DNA from: Octopus vulgaris
Lineage: Eukaryota
NCBI GenBank assembly: GCA_951406725.2
Contig: OX597817.1
Coordinates: forward strand, 173,724,001-173,788,000
Length of the DNA: 64,000 nt
Reading direction: 5' to 3'
The notes below the pieces were generated by a model that worked only from the letters and a program-made list of their open reading frames with translations, did not search any database and was not told where the DNA came from. The translations under genes and the position numbers were made by a program. Positions 1 to 16,708 of the stretch are shown piece by piece; positions within the stretch are counted from its first letter, which is position 1, and each line of letters starts with the position of its first letter.

Positions 1-685
1 CAAAAATTGACACCAGCCTACCTGAAATTACCTTTGGTTTTATGATACAAATTCCATGCTTTAATCTAATTTGAATTAAAACCTTCCATCAAAACTTCAT
101 GTTAATTTATGTTCCAGAACACCAGATTAATAACGACAAAGTCATTACAATAAAAACCTTTATTATTTTCAAAATTAATTAAAACAAAAGTAGTGTATTT
201 CAGTAGAAATATCATAACAAAAAGATTAATAAACAAACTATGCAAAATTTTTCCCAGCAATTTTCTGGATTTCTAACTTTAAAAAATGATTTTCTTTAAC
301 TTACCATGCAAAATACGCCAGTAATTTTATTGTTTGATCTCTAGTGAACCACAAATTTAAAAAGAAACTTCAAGAACTATTAATATAATGGATATACTTT
401 GAGACTTTTTCCACTATATTGAGTGATGATTGTGTTGTGTGCTTTGTGGATTGTGTCTATATTATTACTTAGCAGGAGTTTTCTTTTTTCTTTTATTTTT
501 TGCTGTACTATTGAGTACAGACCTATCTGTGGGGTTTTGTTATGCTTTTATAGTTTATATTGTATTGAGTCATGACTAGCAGTGCAGGTTTCTGATGTTG
601 TGAATATTTCTAAGTAACTAAGTTTTGATTAAGTTTTAGTCTACATGTTTTCATTAAGATCATCTCCAATGCATCAATTCATATA

Positions 686-1030
686 CTCTTTTACTTGTTT
701 CAGACTGTGGCCATGCTGGAGCACCGCCTTTAGTCAAGCAAATCGACCCCAGGACTTATTCTTTGCAAGCCTAGTACTTATTCTATCAGTCTCTTTTGTC
801 GAACCACTAAGTTACGGGGATGTAAACACACCAGCATCAGTTGTCAAGCGATGTTGGGGGGACAAACACAGACACACACACATACATATATATATACATA
901 TACTCACAAGGCTTTAGTTGGCCTGTGGCTATAATAGAAGACACTTGCCCAAGGTGCCACGCAGTGGGACTGAACCTGGAACCATGTGGTCCATAAGCAA
1001 GCTACTTACCATACAGCCACTCCTACGCCT
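686..1030 (-). mobile_element. SINE family A (internal deletion)
   Basis: Homologous to 6658-7055. Confidence 0.8.
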
Positions 1031-1786
1031 ATATAGGTATCATATAGGAATTCATATAGGAATCATTTCAATTTTTGCTCTAAACATTTCTGGTTACTTC
1101 AATTCCCAGACCTTTCTTTGTATTTGGATAATTTTTCTATTTCTCTTAGAGATGCATTATTGTCTGTTGGGACGACTGCCTTTAATTTGAAGGCCTTTGC
1201 TTTCTTGGTGGTCCTTGACACAAATATCCAGCTGACTAACCAAGACCTTGCTGTCTTTGCATACAGTCACACATTTCCATACTTTGCTTTATGTTTACAC
1301 CACCTCTCTTTTCTGTCTGGTATTTCATGTTGACGTAAGTTTACAACTGTGACCACCACTTCTACTTTGGTCACCACTGTCATGACCACCAAGACCACAA
1401 CTATGACCACAACAACCACCATGAACACCATGGCAACAACAACGACGACAGCTGCTACCACCATTGCCGCCATTTTAAAGTTTACTCTTCAATGTTTGCA
1501 TGGGTCAGACAGAGTTCAGTGAAACAGGTCTTCTACAGCCAGATGCTCTTCCTACTGCCCATCCTCATCTATTTCAAACAAGGTAATATTTTCTGATGGC
1601 CAGACATGTTTTCATGGAAGATTGGAAACGAATGATGCTGCTTGAATGACAGTGACACTCATTTACAACAACTATCATATCATGTCAAGACAAGGAGAAA
1701 CACACACACACATAGAGGAAATTGAAATAAAGACCAGAATAAATATTTAATTCCTACTCTGTTGTACCTGTAGCTGGAATCTTTCT

Positions 1787-1787
<1 letters not shown>

Positions 1788-1825
<38 letters not shown>

Positions 1826-1992
1826 TGTATACAGTGCTCAGGTGCACTACAACTCATCTAAAGTGTATATATAATCAGGTGTAGTTTCGGCGGATTTCGG
1901 AAAGTATGAGGGCCTTGAAGGATGCAGTGTCATGGCAGTCAACAACTGACGCAGGCAGTTTATTCCATGCTTCAGCAACTCTGAGCGTGAGA
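1788..1992 (-). mobile_element. CR1-group LINE 3' end with (TTA)n tail
   Basis: Minus strand reads LTLRVAEAWNKLPASVVDCHDTASFKALILSEIRRNYT*, a typical CR1 ORF2 C-terminus, then a short UTR and the microsatellite tail. Confidence 0.7.
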
Positions 1993-2389
1993 CAAAGTTT
2001 GAACAGCTAGGGACAAAATGGTTAATTCTCCAATCTTTTAATGACATAATATACAATTTTAGGGCCCCTAGCGCTGTTTAACACAGTAAAAAAACTGTTC
2101 ACTAAGAAATTCATATTTGCCCTTGATACTTCAGTCAAAAACTCACAAGTTTGTACGACTATTGACAGATCTGTGCACAACAACCTCAACCTGCAACCAC
2201 CACCACTATTACAACAACAACAGCAAACTTTGTACAAATCACAGCACCAGCAGCAGCAGTAAAAAACAACAACAACAGCAGCAGCAGCAACAAAAACTCA
2301 ATACCTTCATGACTACCAGCATAAAGAAAAATAGCTTCATTTGCAGATGCTATACAACAAACATCCACCATAAAGTCCAGGCTTTGTTG

Positions 2390-2702
2390 CAACATGAGGG
2401 CTTGTGTACCTTGATGACCCCGAGAGCTATGCCAGAGAGGTGCAAGCTCCTGGTAGAGCCTCCCAAGCTGGACAGGTCAAAATATAGAGGCCAGGCAATA
2501 TGGATCACCTTTTTCCAGAGGTAAAAACAGGTTTGTATAGGGCTGACACTTCTACCAAGAAAAAAACAAAGTTACAGAAGCATCAATGACAACTCAAAAT
2601 CAACAGAACCTGGGAGAGGAAAAGACAGCCCAGGGTCAAAAACAGTGGATAAAAGTCATCACTGGCCAATGCCTCAAAGTAAATAAAGAGCTTAAGCAAG
2701 TA
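2390..2702 (+). mobile_element. Putative bipartite non-autonomous RTE-type element
   Basis: GATGACCCCGAGAGCTATGCC...CCCAAGCTGGACAGGTC resembles RTE-group 5'UTRs; ends CTTAAGCAAGTA like RTE 3' ends. Recognised from memory only. Confidence 0.4.
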
Positions 2703-2737
2703 TACAACAAACATTGATGGAACATACATTTAACAGC

Positions 2738-3245
2738 CATCATTATCATCGTTTAACATCCATTTCCCATGCTGGCATGGGTTTGACGGTTTCACTGAAA
2801 ACTGGTAAGCTGGGGAGCTGCACTAGGTTCCAATCTGATTTGGCAGGGTTTCTATTGCTGGATGCCCTTCATAATATCGACCACTCCAAGAGTGTAGTGG
2901 GTGCATTTTGTGCGCCACCAGCATGGGTGCCAGTCATGTAATGCTGGCATCAGCCATGACTATGGTCTCACTTGGCTTGACAAGTCTTCTCAAGCATGGT
3001 ATATCACTAACGGTCTCGGTCACCTGTCACTGCATCCTTGAGGCCCAATGTTCGAATGGTGCTTTTTACATGCCACCAGCACAGGTGCCAGTTTCACAAC
3101 ACTGGCATTGGCCATGACCACAATTTCACTTGGCTTGACAGGTCTTCTCAAGCACAGCATATCTCCCAATGTTCAATGGTTGCTTTTTACATTCCAGTTA
3201 CACGACACTAGCATTGGCCATGACCATGATCTCACTTGGCTTGAT
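2738..3245 (-). mobile_element. Older RTE 3'UTR fragment
   Basis: Diverged copy of the GGATGCCCTTC / GTGCCACC motifs and CAT tail. Confidence 0.7.
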
Positions 3246-3299
3246 GGCAATGTTTGGCAAAAACATAAACGCGGCTTTGTAATTTGTGTACTGCTCATA

Positions 3300-4580
3300 A
3301 GGGCAGTGAGCTGGCTGAATAGTTTGCATGTCAGACAAAATGCTTAGTGGCATTTTGCCCATCTTTACATTCTGGTTTCAAATTCCACTGTGATACACTT
3401 TGCCTTTCATCCTTTTGGGGTCCATAAAATAAGAATCAGATGAGCACTGGAGGCAATGTTATCAACTTACCCTTCCTCCAAAATTGCTGGCCATGTGCCA
3501 AAATTTGAAATCAATATGTGTACTGTTTACACTAGTCAGACTGATGTCCTCATCTAAATTGTTGCTTTCTCTGTGTTTCGGCTGTTGTACACTCCAGCCT
3601 TCTATGGGCATAGCATACTAGATAAAGACAGTAATGTAGTGCAGTCACCTAGATTTTTTGAGTTCAGTCCCAGGTCAGGGACTAAGGTAATTCACAAAAA
3701 GATCAACTGAAACAATAAAAAAAAAAGGCTGCAAGTTGGCTGTATTGTTAGTGCATCGGACTAAATGCTCTGTTCTGATTCTTTATATTTGGATTTCAAA
3801 TCCTGTCAAGAGGTCAGCTTAGGTTTTACATCCTTTTTTTTTTTTGAGATCGATAACATGATCACTGAAGCACTGGGGTCGATATAACTGACTTACCTCT
3901 CCTCACACGATTGTTGACTTACCAAAATTAGAGACGATCCTTCTTCCTAACATTATTATCATTATTATCAAGGTGGCAAGCAGGCTGAATCGTTAGCACA
4001 CCAGGCAAAATACTTTGCAGCATTTTATCTGAGTTCAAATTCCATAGAGGTCAACCTTGCCTTTCATCCTTTCAGGACTGATTGAAAAAAAGGAGCAGTT
4101 GAGCACTGGGGTCAATGTAATTAACTTAATCCCTTCCCAAAAATTTCAGGCCTTGTGCCTAAAGTAGAAAGGATTATTATTATTAGTAGTACTGTTTTCT
4201 GATTGATTTGCATTTTATTTCATCTTCTGACAGGTCTCCACCAGAGACCTGAGGCACATATATGTTAGATGGAGGGATACTTCCTGAGAATGTGGGCAGT
4301 TGATGTCAACACAATGTTTTGAGTCTCACAGATTGTTGGTTTCCCACAGATATTATTATTATTATTATTAAGGTGGTGAGCTGGCAGAATCATTAGCAGG
4401 CCGGACAAAAAGCTTAGTGGCATTTTATCTGTCTTTATATTCTGAGTTCAAATACCACTGAGGTCGACTTTGCCTTTCATCTTTTCAAGGCCAATGAAAT
4501 AAGTATCATTGTGGTTGATGTAACTGACTAACCCCCTCCCTGCAAACTTCAGGCTTTGTGCCTGTAGTAAAAAGGATTGT
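3300..4580 (+). mobile_element. Cluster of ~4 older family-B-like SINEs in the same orientation
   Basis: Repeated GCCTTTCATCCTTT..CACTGGGGTC blocks with (ATT)n tails; similar clusters at ~30040-30680 and ~48070-48500. Confidence 0.7.
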
Positions 4581-5101
4581 TATTTTCAGTATTTTCATGA
4601 TTATTATTATTATTATTATCATCATTTGTTTGCTTCCATTGTTTTTCTTCTCCATCTTCCTTCAACATCATTAGTTCTAGTATTTTCTGAAACTATTCAT
4701 ACAATCTTTATAACCATTAGTTGCTATTATCTCTATTTTTAGAAGTCAAAGCAAATCGCACACATCTATTAAAAAGCCTTCCTTAAAAACCCCTCTATGA
4801 CATTTCTACCTTCCCTAAATCACACACAGCTCAACGTCAAATTGTCGTAAATACCATTCCAAGTGATCAGTTAGTCATATCTAATTTTCGAAATTCCATT
4901 ATTCCATTATTTTCAACCCTCTTCTTGCAAGCAAATTGCTTGTCTCCTTAATGATATCGCTTAGATTCAGTGCTAAATGCCATGTCCATGACCACTGCTT
5001 CTGACCATACCCTCTACCACCTCAAGCCAAGTGATCCTCAATATGATTCCTCGATTTGCAAGAAATAGCAGCAAAATCTCTCTCATGAATCACATCCTAC
5101 C

Positions 5102-5329
5102 TATTTCTTTATGACCCACAAGGGGCTAAACACAGAGAGGACAAAGGACAGACAAGCGGATTAAGTCGATAATATCGACCCCAGTGCGTAACTGGTACTT
5201 AATTTATCGACCCCGAAAGGATGAAAGGCAAAGTTGACCTCGGCGTAATTTGAACTCAGACCGTAACGGCAGACGAAATACGGCTACGCATTTCGCCCGG
5301 CGTGCTAACGATTCTGCCAGCTCACCGCC
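5102..5329 (-). mobile_element. tRNA-like SINE, family B, with 16-bp TSD
   Basis: Head GGCGGTGAGCTGGCAGAA..GAGTTCAAAT, body GCCTTTCATCCTTTCGGGGTCGATAAATTAAGTACCAG. TSD TGAATCACATCCTACC at 5086-5101 and 5330-5345. Confidence 0.88.
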
Positions 5330-6207
5330 TGAATCACATCCTACCATCTTAGAAAAGGACATATTGGATGATGTAGTTCAGAGCTCTGCGCACAAAGGAA
5401 AAAGATGAGGTGGCCATGGGCAGAATGGCATTGATCATAGTTCTACTTGATCATTACTGGTATGAAGGTAAACAACAGCTATCCTCATATTGAACGACAT
5501 CAAGAGCAAAACCAACAAAAACAACAGAACTGAAACCATTACTGTCAGAGGGTTCTCCTATGTAGTAGCACAAACTATTAGAAATAGCAGGTAAATCTCC
5601 CATAAAACACATCCTGCCATGTCCAGGTCATGTCCAGGTCAATCAGCGGTGGAACCAGTCTTTTGAAATTTCTTGAAAATTTTCCAGACTGTTGTTTGAT
5701 TAATTTTAAGCTATTTTGCAATAACTTTATTACTTTTGTCTCTTTTGTGGAGGGTTATGATTGTATTTCAGTCTGAAGCTATTATCTAATTTATAAATCT
5801 GAATTTATTTAGTCTGAAACAAAAAGAAGACACACTAAGCTTTCATAATGATGGATAATTTTCATATTTAATCACATTTACTGATAGTCATTAAAGCCTG
5901 AAACTTCAGCAGCCTTAATTTCAGGACGTCCTGTATATATACACAACAGGCTTTTTTTCGATTTTCATCAACCAAATCCACTCACAAGGCTTTGATTGGC
6001 CCAAGGCAATAATAGAAGACACTTGCCCAAAGTGTCATGCAGTGGAACTGAACTTGGAACCATGTGATTTGGAAGCAAGTTACTTACCACACCACTTTAC
6101 TTAAACCCTTCATTCCCTATGGAGCATGGGCCATCAACAACCTTTGTACACTGTTCTTGACTCTAGGCTGCAGAAGAGCAGCCAGCTTTGTATACATACA
6201 TGCACAT

Positions 6208-6270
<63 letters not shown>

Positions 6271-6464
6271 CATACAAAAATACATCATCATTATGTGTAT
6301 ATATATATATATATATATATAAATTAGAAAAAAAACATCTTTTAGCAATTCAATAATGAAAAATTAAATCTTACCATTTAGAAAAATTACATCTTATAGA
6401 TGTGTGAAATTTGATTTAATATTTCTAAATTGAATTTTCCCCTGTAAGTTTGGAATAATATTTC

Positions 6465-6527
<63 letters not shown>

Positions 6528-6579
6528 ATATATATATATATATATATGTGGATGGATGGATGGATGGATACACACACAC

Positions 6580-6642
<63 letters not shown>

Positions 6643-6657
6643 TTCTCTTTCTCTTTT

Positions 6658-6866
6658 CTCTTTTACTTGTTTCAGTCATTTTGACTGCGGCCATGCTGGA
6701 GCACCGCCTTTTAGTCGAGCAACTCGACCCCGGGACTCATTCTTTTTGTAAGCCCAGTACTTATTCTATCGGTCTCTTTTTTTTGCCGAACCGCTAAGTG
6801 ACGGGAACGTAAACACACCAGCATCGGTTGTCAAGCAATGCTAGGGGAACAAACACAGACACACAA

Positions 6867-6897
<31 letters not shown>

Positions 6898-7055
6898 CGA
6901 CAGGCTTCTTTCAGTTTCCGTCTACCAAATCCACTCACAAGGCATTGGTCGGCCCGGGGCTATAGCAGAAGACACTTGCCCAAGATGCCACGCAGTGGGA
7001 CTGAACCCGGAACCATGTGGTTGGTTAGCAAGCTACTTACCACACAGCCACTCCT
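6658..7055 (-). mobile_element. tRNA-derived SINE, family A
   Basis: Head GGAGTGGCTGTGTGGTAAG..GGTTCCGGGTTCAGTCCC (A/B boxes), CCTTGGGCAAGTG block, internal (TG)n/(TA)n, end GAAACAAGTAAAAGAG. Confidence 0.85.
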
Positions 7056-8354
7056 ATATATATATCACCATCATCTTCATCATCATCATTAAACACCCAC
7101 TTTCCATGCTGGCATGGACTGGACAGTTTGACAGGTGCTGGCCAGCAGAAGAGCTGCCCTGGTTCCATGTCTGTTTTAGCTAGGTTTCTATGGCTGGACG
7201 AGGCCCTTCCTAATGCCGACCACTTTATGGAGTGCATTGGGTGCCTTTATGCAGCACCTGCATGAGTGTTTTCATGTGGTACAGGTGCTTTTTACATGGC
7301 ACCAAAACCCATGAACCTGTAAGATGAGGAATACTCAGCTGAAGAGGAATGTAGGGAACCTGCCTGTATCTTCTCAGGCATAGAAAACTGCCAGTTGTCT
7401 CAGATTCCTATCATCCCCTCTGTGAGGCCGGACAACTGAAGAGCCTTTCTCACCATTTTATCTTATGCCTTCCTTGCCTGCCCTTTCAATACGTTCCCTC
7501 CACAATTAGAGATTGGCACATCTTGATGCAGCTGTCTTCATTCATATGTATTACATGATTGTACAAGTGCAGGGTTCTCTTTTGCACACTACATCTGATG
7601 CCTCAAATCACTTACACTGTTGTATATGCACACTGATATTACCCATATAGATATCATATATATATACATCTATGTATACACACACACACATACACATATG
7701 TGTGTATATGTATGTATGTATATATATATACATATATATGTGTGTGTGTATATATGTATATATGTATGTATGTGTAAAGTGTATGTATATGTGTGTGTGT
7801 ATATATATATATATAAAATCCATTCTGTCTGTCTGTCTGTGTGTCTTCTAGGATCTCGGGCATCCTCCATCTGATTGCGCTCAATTTGATATGTAGATAC
7901 CAACGGTATCAGGGCATGTATAAGTCTTGAAAAAATTACAAAAATCAATTCCAGGTGAGAATGCAATCAATAAAGCCGTTTTTGTCCTGCTTTTCTCCCG
8001 TCAACCTGTACATAACTGCACCTTCCATTTTTTGTTGTTTTTGTTCTGCTTAAAGGCACGTTTCTTTCCTGCCAAGCTTACTGTTTAAACCATGTTTGTG
8101 TTCTCCAAGTCAACAGCCTTATCATCACTGGTACTTTAAACTCTTCGGTTGCATATTTGTGTGAATGAAATCGTTTTTCTTTGGAATAGAAAAAAAGTCC
8201 ATCTTTATTTCTTCTTTTGCTGGTGTCTCAAATTTAGATTAAATCAGTGTTTCTCAAAGGTGAGGCTTATGGGACGGTCAGACAATTGTTTTGAGAAAAT
8301 TTGGTTTAAATGTTTGACAACTCAGCACCGTCCATTGGACGGAGGGGCGTTTTG

Positions 8355-8411
<57 letters not shown>

Positions 8412-8886
8412 ATGCATATTCATATACATATACACATACGTACATGTACACAGACATGCAAACATATATTACACAACATGTACAGTTATTGGAGGCCATT
8501 ACATGAAACAAGATAATCTTGTAGGTGTAAGGATGTTTCAGTAAAGTTACATAAACGAAGCAGACAGAGTGAGATTTTGTGTTTTATTTGTAGACAGAAA
8601 AAAACTGACTGAAGTAAAATCAGAAAAAAATAAAAGGAAATAAGAAAAAGAATCTGAGAATGGAAAGAAAAGATTGCTTTTTAGAAAATATTTAAAAGTT
8701 CAGTAATTAAAAAAAATATGGAAAGAATTTTCATTTTTTTAATTACTAAACTTTGAAGGTAGTTTTGGCCTCTACTCTTTTTACTTTTAAGAAAACAAAC
8801 TATATTACACCTTCATTTACAATGTGTATATGCATTCATGTTTATATATACATACATACATACATATATATTTATATATACTTGTG

Positions 8887-9098
8887 TATTAGCAACAGAG
8901 ACAGTATTAATGCTGAAAGGTAATATTTATCCCCACTTAAATGTGCATGTTTTGTTAGAGCAAACTATTAGACGAAAAGCCAATATGAGGGTTTCTCTCA
9001 TGGTAACTACGACAGTATAGGTTATTCTAACTGAACATCCATGTTTAAGTGAGGATAAATATTACCTCTCAGTATTAATAATGCCTCTGTCACTAATA
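8887..9098. mobile_element. MITE with ~80 bp imperfect TIRs
   Basis: TATTAGCAACAGAGACAGTATTAATGCTGAAAGGTAATATTTATCC.. pairs with ..GGATAAATATTACCTCTCAGTATTAATAATGCCTCTGTCACTAATA. Confidence 0.75.
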
Positions 9099-9212
9099 TA
9101 TATTTTTTAACAAGCTCACTGGCAAATATAATGTTCCAAAAGACTGGTAAAAAGAAACTCTATGTGTGCATGTGCACGTGTGTGTGTGTGTGTGTATGAA
9201 TGCATAAACACA

Positions 9213-9257
<45 letters not shown>

Positions 9258-9269
9258 GTAGTTGATAGC

Positions 9270-10141
9270 TTCCTTTATCTAGGTGACTAAGTCAGCAGTG
9301 GAGGTGGAGGCTCCGAGAGTGTAGCTGCTAGAATATGAATAGGCTGGAAAAAGTTCAGAGAGCTCCTACCTCTGTTGGTAACAAAGGGCCTCTCCCTCAG
9401 AGTGAAAGACAAACTGTATGATGCCTATTTGTGAACAGCCATGCCCCACGGCAGGGAAATGTGGGTTGTGACAGCAGAAGCTAGTACACTTTGCTGGATG
9501 TGCAATGTCAGTGTGCATGTATAACAGAGTGTAAATGTCTTGAGAGAAAAACTGGGCATAAGAGGCATCAGATGTGGTATGCAAGAGAGACGAATGCACT
9601 GGTATGGTCAAGTGATGCGTATAGACGAGGATAGCTGTGTAAAAATGTGCCGATCTTAAAGTGTGGAGGGAACCTGTGGAAAAAATAGACCCAGGAAGAC
9701 ATGGGACAAGGTAGTTAAACATGAGCTTCAATTGCTGGGCCTAATGGAGGTGATGACAAGTGACCAAGAGCTTTGGTGATGTGCTGTGCTTGAGAAAACT
9801 TGTCAGGCCAAGTGAGATCATAGTTATGGCCATTGCTAGTGCCAGGTGAATGGCACCCATGAAATTGTAATCATGATGGGATAATCGAATGATGGGCCTC
9901 ATGGAGGCACCCATGAAATCGTTGTCATTGCCATTGCTCATGTCATGCAAATGGCACTTGTGCTGGTGGCACGTAAAAAGCACCCATTACACTCTTGTAG
10001 TGGATGACATTAGGAAGGGCATCTAGCCATTGGAACCATGCTAAATCAGACTAGAACCTAGTGCAGCCCTCCGGCTTACCAGCCTCAGTCAAACCATCTA
10101 GCCCATACCAGCATGGAAGGCGGGCGTTAAATGATGATGAT
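9270..10141 (+). mobile_element. Degenerate RTE 3' fragment (ORF2 end, 3'UTR, tail)
   Basis: Reverse-complement homologue of ~10430-11610 with frameshifts; ends in ATGATGATG before a (TA)n tract. Confidence 0.8.
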
Positions 10142-10150
10142 ATGTAAATT

Positions 10151-10199
<49 letters not shown>

Positions 10200-10207
<8 letters not shown>

Positions 10208-10422
10208 CAATTGAGGATAAAATCTTTAAAAGAAATTATCAGTAGTCAGCGTGAAAAACCTCGTAAGAGAAAAAATCCGTAAATTCTTCCTCTTTGAAAA
10301 TATTCATTTATATTATATTGAGGGTACTACTATTCGTAGATACCAACACGCTAAGAGGGACTGCATTGGTCCCTCTTAGCGTGTTGGTATCCACGAATAG
10401 TAGTACCCTCAATATGATATAA
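10200..10422. repeat. Repeat ending in a 54-bp-arm hairpin; second family member at ~15970-16330
   Basis: Arms 10308-10361 and 10369-10422 with a 7-nt loop; 10205-10360 is the reverse complement of ~16082-16245. Confidence 0.75.
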
Positions 10423-10426
10423 TATA

Positions 10427-13013
<2,587 letters not shown>

Positions 13014-13068
13014 TATATATAGATATATATGAGTGTAACACATATTTCCATATGCATACATAAATATG

Positions 13069-13111
<43 letters not shown>

Positions 13112-13154
13112 ACACTTACAAGCATATATGTAAATGTCTATTTGTATTTATATA

Positions 13155-13195
<41 letters not shown>

Positions 13196-13479
13196 GTATG
13201 TATTCTATTTGTAGATTCTGAATTTTTGTACCAAAACAACAAATGTCTTCAAATTTAACAGGAAATTTATAGTTTGCCAGGTGTCGTCTCAGTTGGATAT
13301 AGCAGCTGAAGAACATTAAAATATATCCTAGTGTGGTTATACCAGAGGGCTTACTTTATTCCTAAAATTATACCTTCAAACTATTGAAAATTAAAAGAAA
13401 ATATAACATTTGCAAACACACACTATCACACACAAATAGACAAGCACATATATATTCATGTCTACATACAGACACACAC

Positions 13480-13870
<391 letters not shown>

Positions 13871-13873
13871 TGT

Positions 13874-14329
13874 ATATAAATAAATGGGGCAGGCAACAGG
13901 TTGCTTGGCCGCATACCGAAAAATTAGAAATAGCAGTCAAGACTGTTTATTTCTATTTTCTACAAGTGGGACTCCACACTCGCATGATCAGAAGGTTCGA
14001 GGTACGTAGCATTTGATAAATCTATTTCAATGGAGAGTTGCGCTGATGACGGATGTGAAATATATATTAAAAATATATATGAAATATATATTAAAAATAT
14101 ATATTCAATATATATTCAATATGTTTATAATCTAGAAACATGATGTTCGCAAATGATCGCCAGACTTTGTTTTCGTTATTTATTCCTTCTGTTTTGCATA
14201 TGTGAATTGCAGGGATATGTCGTGTGTGGAGTCCCACTTGTAGAAAATAGAAATAAACAGTCTTGACTGCTATTTCTAATTTTTCAGTATGCGGCCAAGC
14301 ACCCTGTTGCCTGCTCCATTTATTTATAT
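13874..14329 (+). mobile_element. Fold-back element (106-bp inverted arms) enclosing a hammerhead-like motif; probable Penelope terminal-repeat derivative
   Basis: Arms 13874-13979 and 14224-14329 are near-perfect reverse complements; the element adjoins a long (TA)n tract. Confidence 0.7.
14038..14152 (+). ncRNA. Type I hammerhead ribozyme-like motif
   Basis: Stem I TTGCG/CGCAA, core CTGATGA, imperfect stem II CGGAT..ATCTA with a long AT-rich loop, GAAA, stem III ACA-TGA-TGT, cleavage triplet GTT. Confidence 0.6.
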
Positions 14330-14969
14330 GAATGCCTTTCCTCCCTTGGACACAAAGACCGGTTGAGGCAAGCGAAGTCGATATAGAACCTCATCCGACG
14401 ACAGACACCCATGCCAACCCCCCATGCTTGCGAAGACATGTTGGGGCAAGCGAAATCGAAATCGAAACCGAATTGAACCAGCCAGGATCCCTGGCCTGGT
14501 GGTACGTAAAAAGCACTATCCGACTCGTGGCCGTGGCACGTAAAATACTCCAATGCGACCGTACGACAGGCACCCTTGCCAACCCCCTTTGCTTGTGAAG
14601 ACATGTTGGGGCAAGCGAAATCGAAATCGAATTGAACCAGCCAGGATCCCTGGTCTGGTGGTACGTAAAAAGCACTATCCGACTCGTGGCCGAAGCCAGC
14701 ACCGCCTCGACTGGCTTCCGTGCCGGTGGCACATAAAATACACCAATCTGACCGTGGCCGTTGCCAGCCCCGCCTGGCACCTGTGCAGGTGGCACGTAAA
14801 AAGCACCCACTACACTCACGGAGTGGTTGGCGTTAGGAAGGGCATCCAGCTGTAGAAACATTGCCAAATTTAGACTGGAGCCTGGTGCAGCCTTCTGGCT
14901 TCCCAGAACCCCGGTCGAACCGTCCAACCCATGCTAGCATGGAGAACGGACGTTAAACGACGATGATGA
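14330..14969 (+). mobile_element. RTE 3'UTR with internal tandem duplication
   Basis: Same motifs as above; ~100 bp duplicated at ~14432-14534 and ~14597-14692. Confidence 0.8.
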
Positions 14970-15088
14970 ATATATATACTGAACTTTACAGAAGTTCCTA
15001 CCGTTAATCAGTTATATTTACATACCGAATTCTACCAGTAAATAATTGTTGGTTTTTTTAAAAACCATTATAGGAATTATTTACTCTT

Positions 15089-15120
<32 letters not shown>

Positions 15121-15121
15121 T

Positions 15122-15438
15122 CACCGTGATCACCGTGACCGACCAGGCTATCAGATGATGCTACACATCGCTGGTCACAATGCGTTTCGCATTGTTTTTG
15201 CCTTCAAATGACGCCACCCTGCTGGCTAAGCGAGCAGGCCAACAGAAGAAAGAGTGAGAGAAAGTTGTGGCGAAAGAGTACAGCAGGGATCGCCACCCCC
15301 ACCCCCACCCCCTGCCGGAGCCTCGTCGAGCTTTAGGTGTTTTCGCTCAATAAACACTCACAACGCCCGGTCTGGGAATCGAAACCACGATCCTACAACC
15401 GCGAGTCCGCTGCCCTAACCACTGGGCTATTGCGCCTC

Positions 15439-15440
<2 letters not shown>
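15122..15440 (-). mobile_element. SINE family D
   Basis: Reverse-complement homologue of 43670-43978. Confidence 0.85.
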
Positions 15441-15487
<47 letters not shown>

Positions 15488-16654
15488 GACGGTATAATAG
15501 TTGTGAAACTTGGATTTGCTATATATACCTCTATATCTATATATAAGCATGTATGTGTACATATATATGTATCCATATATATATAAATGTAGATAGTTAA
15601 GTAGAATTCTTTTTCTTGTTTTTAAACTTTTATGGGTTTCTGGATTGCAGGCCATACTGGGGCACTGCCTTGAAGGTTTTGTCTTTTTTATACTAATTTA
15701 TGATTATTTAGGTATGCATTTTTCCATTCATGATGTGGCTTAGTGTAACTTTTATATCTTTTACATGTTCCAGTCATTGAACTGCAGCCATGCTGGGGTA
15801 CCACAGTACTATTTGTTTAAATTCTGGTACTTGATACTAGAAATCTCTCTTTTGACTGAACTGCTAAGTTAACGGGATGCAATCAAACCAACACTGATTG
15901 ACAATCAGTATCAGGGAACATTCATCAGTCCGTCCGAGCATCCATATATGTATATATATATATATATATATATTATATTGAGGGTACTACTATTCGTAGA
16001 TACCCCCTTTTTTTAAATGATTTGCTTTGAAGTTTTGCATTCGGTAAAATTTTGTTTATTTTAGTCGTTTTGACCACATTGGTCCCTCTTAGCGTGTGGT
16101 ATCTACGAATAGTAGTATAGTAGTACCCTCAATATAATATAAATAAATATTTTCAAAGTGGAAAAATTTACGGATTTTTTCTCTTACAAGGTTTTTCACA
16201 CTAACTACTGATAATTTCTTATAAAGATTTTATCCTCAATTGTAAATTTATATTTTTCACCGGAATAGTTCAATACTGAATTTTTATTCCGAGTAAGCAA
16301 TTTGTTACCGAAATGCATTGCGAATAAGCCCGCCATTTTCATAGATTTTCTACAACAGGACAACCTGTTTCTGTCTTTATCACACTCTAACCTTTCATCA
16401 TCTGACATAAGATCACCTCCTCCAATGTCCCCTCTCCTCTCAAAATTTCTTTGTCTTGCAAGTTACTTGGTGTCCCTGCCAGTGTTGGTGCCACATGAAA
16501 AGCATCCAGTCCACACTGTAAAGTGGTTGGCATTTGGAAGAGTATTCAGCTATAAAAACCATGCCAAAACTGACCTTGCCCATACTGGTGCCACACAAAA
16601 AGCACTCAGTCCATTCTGTTGAGTGGGTGCTAGGAAGGGCATCCCACCATATGT

Positions 16655-16708
<54 letters not shown>

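Noticed and set aside
2117-2524. PolyQ-containing 135-aa ORF
   Set aside because: CAA/CAG microsatellite running into a repeat fragment; no splice or homology support.
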